The position numbers were made by a program, and so were the translations under genes. The notes beneath the pieces were generated by a model that ran no database searches, had not been told where the DNA came from, and saw nothing but the letters and a program-made list of their open reading frames with translations. Positions 42,530 through 50,649 of a stretch of DNA of 64,000 bases are shown here, one piece after another (position 1 is the stretch's first letter; each line of letters starts with the position of its first letter). The stretch is taken from contig CAZJXP010000001.1 of the NCBI GenBank assembly GCA_964550175.1, positions 322,774 through 386,773 on the forward strand. Direction: 5' to 3'. The DNA is from an uncultured Methanosarcinales archaeon (GTDB taxonomy: Archaea; Nanobdellota; Nanobdellia; Woesearchaeales; ARS49).

Positions 42530-42680
42530 TCCCTGGGATGGTCCCAGGACATTCCCAGGACCGTCCCAGGACTATGCTGGGAATGAGCACAAGCTAAAAC
42601 GAGTGTAAAATACATTTAAACGTGATTCTCATTCCCAATTGGGACGGTCTCAGGACCATCCCAGGACTATCCTGGGACTA
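42528..42680. promoter_or_regulatory. Operator-like array of about 8 YCCCAGGAC / GTCCTGGGR sites symmetrically flanking an AT-rich TATA-like spacer, immediately upstream of the 41777..42529 wHTH gene
   Basis: TCCCTGGGA, TCCCAGGAC x3, CTGGGAATGAG | spacer TAAAATACATTTAAAC | CTCATTCCCA, TCTCAGGACC, ATCCCAGGAC, ATCCTGGGAC. Confidence 0.6.
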
Positions 42681-43261
42681 TAGTGAAAGGAAATATATAA
42701 ATAGTAGTTGCGACAAACAACCGAATTAGTTCAGGATCAAGCGGATCCGGAACGGCCAAAATCGTTGGTTTTTAGGTTCCCCCCGGTTCCTGAAAATCAG
42801 CAAAAGGTGGCTAAAACAGGCAAAACTCCTGGTGCCTACCAACGCCAGGAAAAAGAGCCAAAATCAAGCGAAATCAGCCGGGTTGTGAGCAAAATCAAAT
42901 AGCTGCCACGAATTCCGGCAAAAGAGCAGAAAGCAAGGGAAAAAGAGGGTGAAAAGTGATTCGTGCGAGGGATTGTGAAGGAATACCCATAGCCAGTAGA
43001 GTATGCCATAATCCCTCCCCGTAGAGCAAAAAGTGAGAGTTCAGAAGGTGGTTTTTGAGCCTTCATCCCAGGAGATCCCGGGAAAGAGTGAGGCTCAAAC
43101 CCCCTTTGAACTGCAGAAGCCACCCTGTGAGCCAGAGTGAGCCCTGCAAGGACCCGTCAGAAGGCTGAAACAATGCCAAACCAAGGGCGTTGTGAAGCAA
43201 AAGTGAGCGTGAGACTGTGAAAGAGCAAGCTTTATTAGGCACTAGTCGGAAGCAGGGTTGA

Positions 43262-43954
43262 ATGGCCCCTGGACACACCACCCGCTTCTATATAGAGACG
43301 CTTCCGACCGAAGGCATCGTCAAGATGCCCAAGGAAGCGTCGCGACACGCGAAAGCCTTGCGCCTGAAGGACGGAGACCTCATCCAAGTGTTCGATGGCA
43401 CGACCGAGTACACCGCAAGGCTGCTCACGAACCACGAACTCGAGATAGTGGCTAAAAGTGAGCACACGAGCCATTCTGGTGCCCAAGTCACCCTCGCAAT
43501 AGCTTTTCCCAAAGGACCACGAGTGGACTGGCTCGTTGAAAAGGCAACCGAGCTTGGCGTGCACGAGATTATCCCTCTTATTACGAAACGCACCGTCGTG
43601 AACCCGCGCGACACGAAAGTCGAACGACTGCAAAAGCTCGCGATCACGGCGTGCGAGCAATGCGGACGCAGCACGATTCCCAAGATCTCGCTGCCCATTG
43701 CCGTCGACAAACTCCTCGCGCGAACGAACGAGTTCGATGCCTGCTTTGTTGCGGATGGATCCGGAAACAAACTCTCACTTTCAAAATCCGCAAAGAAAAT
43801 CCTCGCCCTCATCGGACCCGAAGGCGGATTCTCCGACGAGGAAATCACAAAAGCAAAGAGTACTGGCTGCCACATAATCTCACTTGGAACAACGACGCTT
43901 CGCACCGAGACTGCTGGACTCACGATACTGGCCCAGCTCAACGCACTCCTATGA
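43262..43954 (+). CDS. rsmE: 16S rRNA (uracil-N3)-methyltransferase RsmE
   Basis: PUA-like N-terminus, SPOUT C-terminus with IGPEGGFS motif. Confidence 0.8.
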   Translation: MAPGHTTRFYIETLPTEGIVKMPKEASRHAKALRLKDGDLIQVFDGTTEYTARLLTNHELEIVAKSEHTSHSGAQVTLAIAFPKGPRVDWLVEKATELGVHEIIPLITKRTVVNPRDTKVERLQKLAITACEQCGRSTIPKISLPIAVDKLLARTNEFDACFVADGSGNKLSLSKSAKKILALIGPEGGFSDEEITKAKSTGCHIISLGTTTLRTETAGLTILAQLNALL

Positions 43955-43959
43955 TCAAC

Positions 43960-44042
43960 CTTTTTACCGGCAATATTGGTAGCGTCGTTACGTCCGTTAC
44001 TATCACGACGACAACGCGACGTCCAATCGGGGCGGTAAAAAG
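43960..44042. repeat. Intergenic palindromic element copy (most symmetric: 20-bp terminal inverted repeats)
   Basis: CTTTTTACCGGCAATATTGG ... CCAATCGGGGCGGTAAAAAG. Confidence 0.75.
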
Positions 44043-44123
44043 CTTTCCTGGCAACTATCAACGGGTGCCTAAAACCATAACGCTTTTAAATGACTCAAGA
44101 ACAACCGAACAAGGTGGTATGAA

Positions 44124-44405
44124 ATGGTACTAAACGTGAAGATTCTCGACGAGAAGAAGAACAAGATATCCTTCGAAATCGAAGGCGACTCGCACACACT
44201 TTCTGCTGCGCTGACCAAGGAACTCTGGAACGACAAGAGCGTCAAGGCAGCCGGCTACAACGTGGACCACCCCCTTCTGGGCAAACCCACGTTCACGGTC
44301 GAAACCGACGGCGAAGACCCCAAGAAGGTCGTTTCCGCAGCCGCGAAACGACTGGCCAAAGCCGCTGAAAAGCTCAGCGAACAGGCATCCAAGGAACTCA
44401 AGTAA
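44124..44405 (+). CDS. rpoL: DNA-directed RNA polymerase subunit L (Rpb11 homolog)
   Basis: 93 aa; FEIEGDSHTLSAAL...YNVDHPLL pattern. Confidence 0.8.
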   Translation: MVLNVKILDEKKNKISFEIEGDSHTLSAALTKELWNDKSVKAAGYNVDHPLLGKPTFTVETDGEDPKKVVSAAAKRLAKAAEKLSEQASKELK

Positions 44406-44411
44406 ACGCCC

Positions 44412-44915
44412 GTGGCATTCGTCCGCGTCAAGACCATCAAGGGCAACCGCTACGCTTACCTGGTTGAAAACACCTGGCAGACGCGCGGCTCACGCCAAGT
44501 GGTCAAAGGCTATCTCGGCAAGGTGTTGAAACCTGATGCTCAGCCGTTCGGCACGCCGCCCGACATTTCTACGCTATCCTATGCTGACGCGGTCACGACC
44601 TTGGCTTCTTGGACGTTGGACAACCACGGATTCTCGCACGCGGACGGGAAACACACGAAAGACACGGTGACGGTCCACGTGCACGATAAGCAAATCCTGC
44701 ACAAATCCAAATCCGCCGTTCTTGAACTGAACGAAGGCTATCTCTGCAATCATACTTTGACGAATTTACTGAACTTCGTCGGCGAAGGCTCCCGCGAAGA
44801 AGAAGTCGGCAAACGCCTGGCAAACACGCTCTTGGAAGCCGGCATTTCTGTCCCGCAAGACACGTTCGTCGCGCTGTTTCACAAAATCTATAAACCGCTT
44901 CCGGAGCAAAACTAA
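44412..44915 (+). CDS. Hypothetical protein (167 aa)
   Basis: ORF between rpoL and uppS in the same orientation. Confidence 0.4.
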   Translation: MAFVRVKTIKGNRYAYLVENTWQTRGSRQVVKGYLGKVLKPDAQPFGTPPDISTLSYADAVTTLASWTLDNHGFSHADGKHTKDTVTVHVHDKQILHKSKSAVLELNEGYLCNHTLTNLLNFVGEGSREEEVGKRLANTLLEAGISVPQDTFVALFHKIYKPLPEQN

Positions 44916-44916
44916 G

Positions 44917-45636
44917 ATGCAACCGACCACCAGCAACGTGCCGAAACACATCGGCATCATCATGGACGGCAACCGACGCTTCGCGAAAAAGCTCATGCTC
45001 AAGCCATGGAAAGGCCACGAATGGGGCGCGAAAAAAGTCAAGGACGTGCTCCAATGGTGCAACGAGCTCGGCATCAAAGAAATCACACTCTACGCGTTCT
45101 CGATTGAGAACTTCAGCCGACCGAAAGAGGAATTTGACTACCTCATGACGCTGTTCTTGAAGGAATTCACCGAACTTCATTCGAAAAAGAACCTCGCGCA
45201 GCTCAAGAAGGACGGCGTCAAAATCAACTTCCTGGGCCGCATCGAAATGTTCCCGAAGAACGTGCAAGATGCGATGAACCAAATTATGAAATCAACCCAA
45301 AGCAACGGTCCTAACTTGGTGAATTTCGCGATGGCCTACGGCGGACGCGCGGAAATCATCGACGCGACCAAGAAAGTCGCAGCCTTAGTTAAGGCAGGCA
45401 AGCTCGACATCGACAAGATTAACGAATCCATGTTCCAAAAACAGCTGTACACTGAATCCGAGCCTGATTTGATTATCCGAACCTCAGGCGAACAGCGCAC
45501 GTCAGGATTCTTATTGTGGCAAGGGTCGTACGCAGAACTGTACTTCTCTGACAAGAACTGGCCTGATTTCGAGAAGAAAGACCTCGAGAAAGCGCTTGAA
45601 ACGTACCAGAACCGCGAGCGGAGGTTCGGGAAATGA
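44917..45636 (+). CDS. uppS: cis-prenyltransferase (undecaprenyl/dehydrodolichyl diphosphate synthase)
   Basis: HIGIIMDGNRRFA N-terminal motif and overall UPPS family pattern. Confidence 0.9.
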   Translation: MQPTTSNVPKHIGIIMDGNRRFAKKLMLKPWKGHEWGAKKVKDVLQWCNELGIKEITLYAFSIENFSRPKEEFDYLMTLFLKEFTELHSKKNLAQLKKDGVKINFLGRIEMFPKNVQDAMNQIMKSTQSNGPNLVNFAMAYGGRAEIIDATKKVAALVKAGKLDIDKINESMFQKQLYTESEPDLIIRTSGEQRTSGFLLWQGSYAELYFSDKNWPDFEKKDLEKALETYQNRERRFGK

Positions 45637-45938
45637 CGAACACACAACCGAGCGAATGGCGACAACTCCACAGCAAGCAAGCAAGCCGTTCGATGTATTT
45701 CGGCGGGGCGATGAGCGGCATCGGAGTCGGCTTCCTCGCAAGCGCCGGTCTGAAACTCAAGGAACAAAAAGAACTAGAAGCAAACTCTTCAACGCTCGAA
45801 ACGACCATCAAGGACTGCCAAACGCTCGCTATCGGATACGGCTTCACCGGAGCTTCTTTCCTCATCGCCGGCCTGCTTAGCTACTACATCGGACGACACT
45901 TTTTCACACTCGACAAAAAGGGGTATTTCGGCAAATGA
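45633..45938 (+). CDS. Small Gly-rich 2-TM hairpin protein 1 (101 aa)
   Basis: Overlaps the uppS stop by 4 nt; two Gly/Ala-rich hydrophobic segments. Confidence 0.5.
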   Translation: MTNTQPSEWRQLHSKQASRSMYFGGAMSGIGVGFLASAGLKLKEQKELEANSSTLETTIKDCQTLAIGYGFTGASFLIAGLLSYYIGRHFFTLDKKGYFGK

Positions 45939-46198
45939 CCATCAATGAAAAAGTAGACGGAGTGCAAACCGCGCGACCGTTCCGAATCGCAGCAGACTCA
46001 GCGGCATTAGCCACCATCAGCGGATCACTTTCCGCATTCTGTTATTCCCGCATAGACAGCGAAACGCGCCCGGTCCGAAAAGTCGGCTATCATATTGAAG
46101 GAGCCGGCTTCGGCATCTTCGCGGCATTACTCGGCGCGCAAGCCGTAAGCCTCTTATACCGAGGGGTTCGGCAGGCCTATCGTAAGGTGAATGAATGA
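45935..46198 (+). CDS. Small Gly-rich 2-TM hairpin protein 2 (87 aa)
   Basis: 4-nt overlap with the previous gene; same architecture. Confidence 0.5.
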   Translation: MTINEKVDGVQTARPFRIAADSAALATISGSLSAFCYSRIDSETRPVRKVGYHIEGAGFGIFAALLGAQAVSLLYRGVRQAYRKVNE

Positions 46199-47022
46199 CA
46201 AAATTCGATGGCATAGACTCAATCGACGACGCGTTCGCGAACGACAACAGCGACCCGAACGAAACGAAGACCTGGCAGATGCCGGCGGAAGACCCCGTCA
46301 TAGAAAACGCGAAGCTCACGTACGAGAACGAAATCCTCAAGAAAACCAACGACTCGCTCAACAATCAATACACAATCCTCGAGCAAGTCGCAAACGAAAT
46401 TGTCACAGAACGCGACGCCGCGCGCAGCGAACTGGTCAAAACCTACGCCATCCCTCAATCAAAGAACTGGTTCGCGCTCGGAACAATAGCGGGCGCGTTC
46501 GCGCTCGGACTGTACGCACTCAGAACGATGGACCCCATCGCGGTCTACGCCTCGATGACGCTCGCCGGACTCGGAGTCGGGATTGGAATCACAAAGCCGG
46601 GAACGGACAAGAAACCCACGCCTAAATTCATTGACCCGCACACTCATGCACGAGACCAATCCAACGATGTATCGCGCGACCTTGAACGATCAACATACGC
46701 GGTATGGAATGAACGACAAAAGGAAAATCATGATAATGTGCGCCTAGAAAAAATAGCCATGCCGAACATAATTCAGGATCACCACGCAGCCTACCCTTCA
46801 CCTATGGAAGTCTACGGAAAAAAACTTGATCACCACTGCAGCTGGTGCCACAAGCCGGATTGCACTGATAAGGACCACAAACGCGGATACATTAGTTTGA
46901 ACGAAGAAGCAACGCCCGCCCGCCGGGCTCGCCGCCCGAAGCAAACCTCTGAAGAAAAGAAAGGGCTTCGAGAGCACCCGGACGAATGCATGTGCAAGAT
47001 GTGCGCCTGGATGAAATCCTAA
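46195..47022 (+). CDS. Coiled-coil, 2-TM hairpin and C-terminal Cys/His-rich (zinc-finger-like) protein 3 (275 aa)
   Basis: 4-nt overlap with the previous gene; HHCSWCHKPDC...ECMCKMCAW C-terminus. Confidence 0.5.
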   Translation: MTKFDGIDSIDDAFANDNSDPNETKTWQMPAEDPVIENAKLTYENEILKKTNDSLNNQYTILEQVANEIVTERDAARSELVKTYAIPQSKNWFALGTIAGAFALGLYALRTMDPIAVYASMTLAGLGVGIGITKPGTDKKPTPKFIDPHTHARDQSNDVSRDLERSTYAVWNERQKENHDNVRLEKIAMPNIIQDHHAAYPSPMEVYGKKLDHHCSWCHKPDCTDKDHKRGYISLNEEATPARRARRPKQTSEEKKGLREHPDECMCKMCAWMKS

Positions 47023-47297
47023 TGACCAACCAACACGACATCGAAGAGCGAATCGCGCGGTACGGTGGCTATGCTTCCGCGTTCGTAGCAGGCGGACTTG
47101 CTTGTCGAAGCGTCGCCGTGTACAATTACGCAATGGAATTGCCTCCGTCTAAAGAGGCGGGAAACGCCGCGCTTACCAGCTACCTTGAGCTCACAGGAGC
47201 ATTGTTCCTCGTTGGCCTGAGCTATGCGCTGTTCCGTTCTGCGAAAGAATCACGCAAATTCTCACTTGAACAGGACGCGTCGCAGAAAATCCGATGA
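47022..47297 (+). CDS. Small Gly-rich 2-TM hairpin protein 4 (91 aa)
   Basis: Start MTNQHD overlapping the stop of protein 3; same architecture. Confidence 0.45.
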   Translation: MTNQHDIEERIARYGGYASAFVAGGLACRSVAVYNYAMELPPSKEAGNAALTSYLELTGALFLVGLSYALFRSAKESRKFSLEQDASQKIR

Positions 47298-47668
47298 ACC
47301 AAAGCTTTCTTCCCGAATGGGACCCTTCTCCGTACCCTTCGTTTGAAGATTTAGTGCAAGAAAGTAAAGTCATCAACAAAGAATGGGACGCAGCGGAAAA
47401 GATTGCCGAAACCCGTCTGAACTCACTACTTTTACCCGGCATCGGCTACGTCAGCTCGTTAGCGCTTGCGGTCAACTACGGCATCCCCTCGGGAAATCCT
47501 GCCTTGATGACGCTCAGCATTGCCGCAAGCATCTTCTCTACGGGAGTTTTACAACATTATGCCCGCTCATTCCTGCGCGCGGACGCCGAAAGAAAAATCA
47601 AAAAAGCGCAATGGCATAATTCAATCGATGAGATAGACTACTGCTTCGAAAGAATAAATAAAGAATAA
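47294..47668 (+). CDS. Small Gly-rich 2-TM hairpin protein 5 (124 aa)
   Basis: 4-nt overlap with the previous gene; same architecture. Confidence 0.5.
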   Translation: MNQSFLPEWDPSPYPSFEDLVQESKVINKEWDAAEKIAETRLNSLLLPGIGYVSSLALAVNYGIPSGNPALMTLSIAASIFSTGVLQHYARSFLRADAERKIKKAQWHNSIDEIDYCFERINKE

Positions 47669-47677
47669 AAAAGAGTC

Positions 47678-48244
47678 TTAGCCGAGCCACCGACGTTCTA
47701 AACGGCGAACCATCTTCTCGTAGTGCACTAAAGCAGCCTCATTGCGGCCGCCTTCAACTAGTCTTAAAGACTGCCGAATATCCCGATCATACAGTTTCTC
47801 GAACACGCTCCGGGGATTGCGCGCCTTACCATAGATTGCGGCAATCACCCGAGGCGCGGTCTTGTAGTACGCCCTGACGAGTCCGCTTCCACCAGGGACT
47901 TCTTGGAGGATATAGGAATCACGGAACGCTCGCAGTGTTTCCAACTCAAGACAGTTATCCTGACGTCCCTTAGCGCCAACACAAGCAGTTGTTAAGAAGC
48001 ACCAACTACTTGAGCCGCTATCGCTCGAACTCTCCGGAATTTCGCCGTTCTTGTATGCGTGATAGCCTTCTTCTCTTGCCTGCTCTTCAGGACTATCCTT
48101 GCACGGAACAATTGTGTTCGCAGCACCATTGAGTAAATCACTAATGAAGTGACCAAATCCATCACCCGGCTTTTCGTTTTTTGCCTCTTCAACTCCATCA
48201 TTGAACGCCTTTCGCTGGTTGTAATCATCTGTTAGCCGTCCCAT
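47678..48244 (-). CDS. Hypothetical protein (about 188 aa)
   Basis: Start taken at MGRLTDDY; the upstream part of the track's ORF is Cys/Gly junk overlapping the trmB leader. Confidence 0.4.
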   Translation of the reverse strand: MGRLTDDYNQRKAFNDGVEEAKNEKPGDGFGHFISDLLNGAANTIVPCKDSPEEQAREEGYHAYKNGEIPESSSDSGSSSWCFLTTACVGAKGRQDNCLELETLRAFRDSYILQEVPGGSGLVRAYYKTAPRVIAAIYGKARNPRSVFEKLYDRDIRQSLRLVEGGRNEAALVHYEKMVRRLERRWLG

Positions 48245-48354
48245 TGGCAATCCTCCGCCGCATCCGCAGCAACAGAAACAGAGGCAAAAACCTATTTCTA
48301 TTTTCGTTGTGGGAAATCCACAACAATAATAAGCAAGAAGCGCATTGCAACCGC

Positions 48355-49095
48355 ATGCACCACGGACTCGCAGCCTACGGACTGACTGAAAAAGAGTCAA
48401 AAGTCTATCTCGCGCTCCTAGAGCTAGGCACGACAACCGCAACGAGAATCTCCCAAGTCACGCACCTGAACCGCACGACCCTCTACGATATTCTCGGCGG
48501 ACTCACGGAAAAAGGAATCGTGAGCCGAGTCAAGCAAGGGCAAGTCACTCATTTCGCGGCGGCGTCACCAAAACGATTATTGGACCAGATGGAAGAACGC
48601 GCACGCACATTCCAAGAATCACTCACGGAATTAAGCACGCGCCAGAACAGCCTCGGGCCGAAGCCGAGTATTGAACTCTATGAAGGCAGCCAGGGCGTGA
48701 ACGCCATTTATAAGCACCTGTTGAGCCTCGGAAAACCCATCTATGGCTATGGTTCGTTTGAGATTATCGAGCATGCGGCCAGACATCACACGCGTGACTA
48801 CCGCAAGCAGCGCGTCGCGAAAAAGATCCACACGGAAGTAATCACTGACTCAACTGTAACGTACCTTCCCTCATGGAAAGACGCGAACTACCGCAAATAC
48901 ACCAAAATCTATCTTGATCCATCCATGAAAACTATGCCCGTGTGGACATACATCGTCGGAACCACGGTTGCAGTCATTTCCTGCAGCAAAAGCCTACTCT
49001 TCGGATTTCTCATGAATGACCTAGGCCTGGCGAAGAAGGAACTGGCCGTGTTCGAACGGCTGAAAGCGGACGCGACGCTGTTCCATAAGATTTAA
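48355..49095 (+). CDS. TrmB-family HTH transcriptional regulator
   Basis: N-terminal YGLTEKESKVYLALLELGTTTATRISQVTHLNRTTLYDILGGLTEKGIV wHTH. Confidence 0.7.
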   Translation: MHHGLAAYGLTEKESKVYLALLELGTTTATRISQVTHLNRTTLYDILGGLTEKGIVSRVKQGQVTHFAAASPKRLLDQMEERARTFQESLTELSTRQNSLGPKPSIELYEGSQGVNAIYKHLLSLGKPIYGYGSFEIIEHAARHHTRDYRKQRVAKKIHTEVITDSTVTYLPSWKDANYRKYTKIYLDPSMKTMPVWTYIVGTTVAVISCSKSLLFGFLMNDLGLAKKELAVFERLKADATLFHKI

Positions 49096-49131
49096 AAACC
49101 CATTTTTCAGCGTTTCTCATGGGGAAACCAT

Positions 49132-49680
49132 ATGGAAATACTCGGCGTTATGCACGATGATACTCATCCTGATTTTAAAACGACAATCAACTATCTCGAT
49201 GCGCACTTGACGAAATCATCCATTGTGGCGCTTGAAGGCGCGGATTTGACTGTGTCCGACCTGCTCCACTCGCCAAGAAAATATCCTAATGATCCGTTTT
49301 TTGCATTTTTCAGCAAAATCGCCGTACATACCCATAATTACGGCGCACGCGCCATCGTCGTGGACGACCCGGTTGCGAGACAGGAAGAAAGCGAGCTTGA
49401 ACAATTTCTTTGTCAATATGAGGGTTTGACTGCTGAACAGTGGAATGCCAAATACACCGCTGCCGTCAAACGAAGCATTGCAATGTATCAGCAAGCGAAA
49501 CAACATCGCGCAACCCATTTAATTATCGGCGGAATGCACGCCTACGATATCAAACGAATCTTTTCCGTACCGGTCACGCATTTTACCCCGAGGGAATTCG
49601 ACTCCCGGGACCAAATTGAAACCCGCAGCAAGGCAATCAGCAAATTCCAGCGCGAATATGCATCAGGCAGTAAGGTTTAA
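49132..49680 (+). CDS. Hypothetical protein (182 aa)
   Basis: ORF with good coding character. Confidence 0.45.
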   Translation: MEILGVMHDDTHPDFKTTINYLDAHLTKSSIVALEGADLTVSDLLHSPRKYPNDPFFAFFSKIAVHTHNYGARAIVVDDPVARQEESELEQFLCQYEGLTAEQWNAKYTAAVKRSIAMYQQAKQHRATHLIIGGMHAYDIKRIFSVPVTHFTPREFDSRDQIETRSKAISKFQREYASGSKV

Positions 49681-49743
49681 ATACCCCCTCTTGACCCCAA
49701 GAGTAGTTCCCGAATACTACACAGCGTGTAGGAGGGCTAAATC

Positions 49744-50649
49744 ATGGAAAAACAAGATTTCAAAGTCGCATTGGACTTCCTCAAATCGGTTTCTGAGAAG
49801 AAGAAGTTCGTCCAAAGCATCGACCTCATCATCAACCTGAAGAACCTCAATCTCAAGCAGAACGACCAGCAGCTCGATTTGTTCGTCCAGTTGCCGCACG
49901 GACGCGGCAAGAAGACCAAGATCGCCTGCTTCTGCGGTCCCGAGCTCGCGGCAAACGCGAAGCAGAACTGCGACCTAGCCATTACCACTGACGAATTCCC
50001 GCGCTACGACAAGAAAAAGGTCAAGATGGTCGCGAACGAATACGACTTCTTCCTCGCGCAGGCGAACATCATGCCGGAAGTCGCAAAAGTGTTCGGTCGC
50101 GTTCTTGGACCGCGCAACAAGATGCCAAACCCGAAGGCCGGAGCAGTCGTCCCGCCGTCGGCGAACATCAAGGCCCTCGTCGAAAAGTTCGCGAAGACCG
50201 TCCGAATGTCCGCCAAGACCCAGATGAACACCAAGGCGCTCATCGGCAAGGAAAGCCAGCCCGAGCAGGAAATCCTGGACAACGCGTTCTTCCTCTACGA
50301 CTCCGTCCGAAAGGCATTGCCGCAGGAAACCAACAACATCAAGAGCGTACTCCTCAAACTCACCATGAGCAAACCCGTCCCCGTCGGCATGACGCCGGAC
50401 GAAATCAAGAAGCTCTGGGACGAAGGCGCGAAGCGAGCGGAAGAAGGAAAGGCGAAAGCCTCCCAAGTCCGCGCGCGAACGGCCGAAAAGCAAGCGCGAC
50501 GAACCGAGCACGACACGAAGAAGGACGCGAAACCGAAGAAGGACGAAGTCATCGACCCGAACGCGCCGCGAAAGCCCATCGAACGTGAAGTCTGGGAAAC
50601 CGACCTCGACAAGCCGCGAAGAGCGCGACCGAAGAAGAGGGAATTCTGA
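49744..50649 (+). CDS. rpl1: Ribosomal protein L1 with ~85-aa K/R/E-rich C-terminal extension
   Basis: L1 core motifs (GRGKK, GPRNKMPNP); C-terminal charged tail. Confidence 0.85.
   Translation: MEKQDFKVALDFLKSVSEKKKFVQSIDLIINLKNLNLKQNDQQLDLFVQLPHGRGKKTKIACFCGPELAANAKQNCDLAITTDEFPRYDKKKVKMVANEYDFFLAQANIMPEVAKVFGRVLGPRNKMPNPKAGAVVPPSANIKALVEKFAKTVRMSAKTQMNTKALIGKESQPEQEILDNAFFLYDSVRKALPQETNNIKSVLLKLTMSKPVPVGMTPDEIKKLWDEGAKRAEEGKAKASQVRARTAEKQARRTEHDTKKDAKPKKDEVIDPNAPRKPIEREVWETDLDKPRRARPKKREF

Noticed and set aside
43759-43775. Third partial copy (AAAGTGAGAGT, reverse) of the 17-bp boundary repeat inside rsmE
   Set aside because: Only an 11-nt match within a conserved coding region, which could be chance. 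It is not used to define element boundaries.
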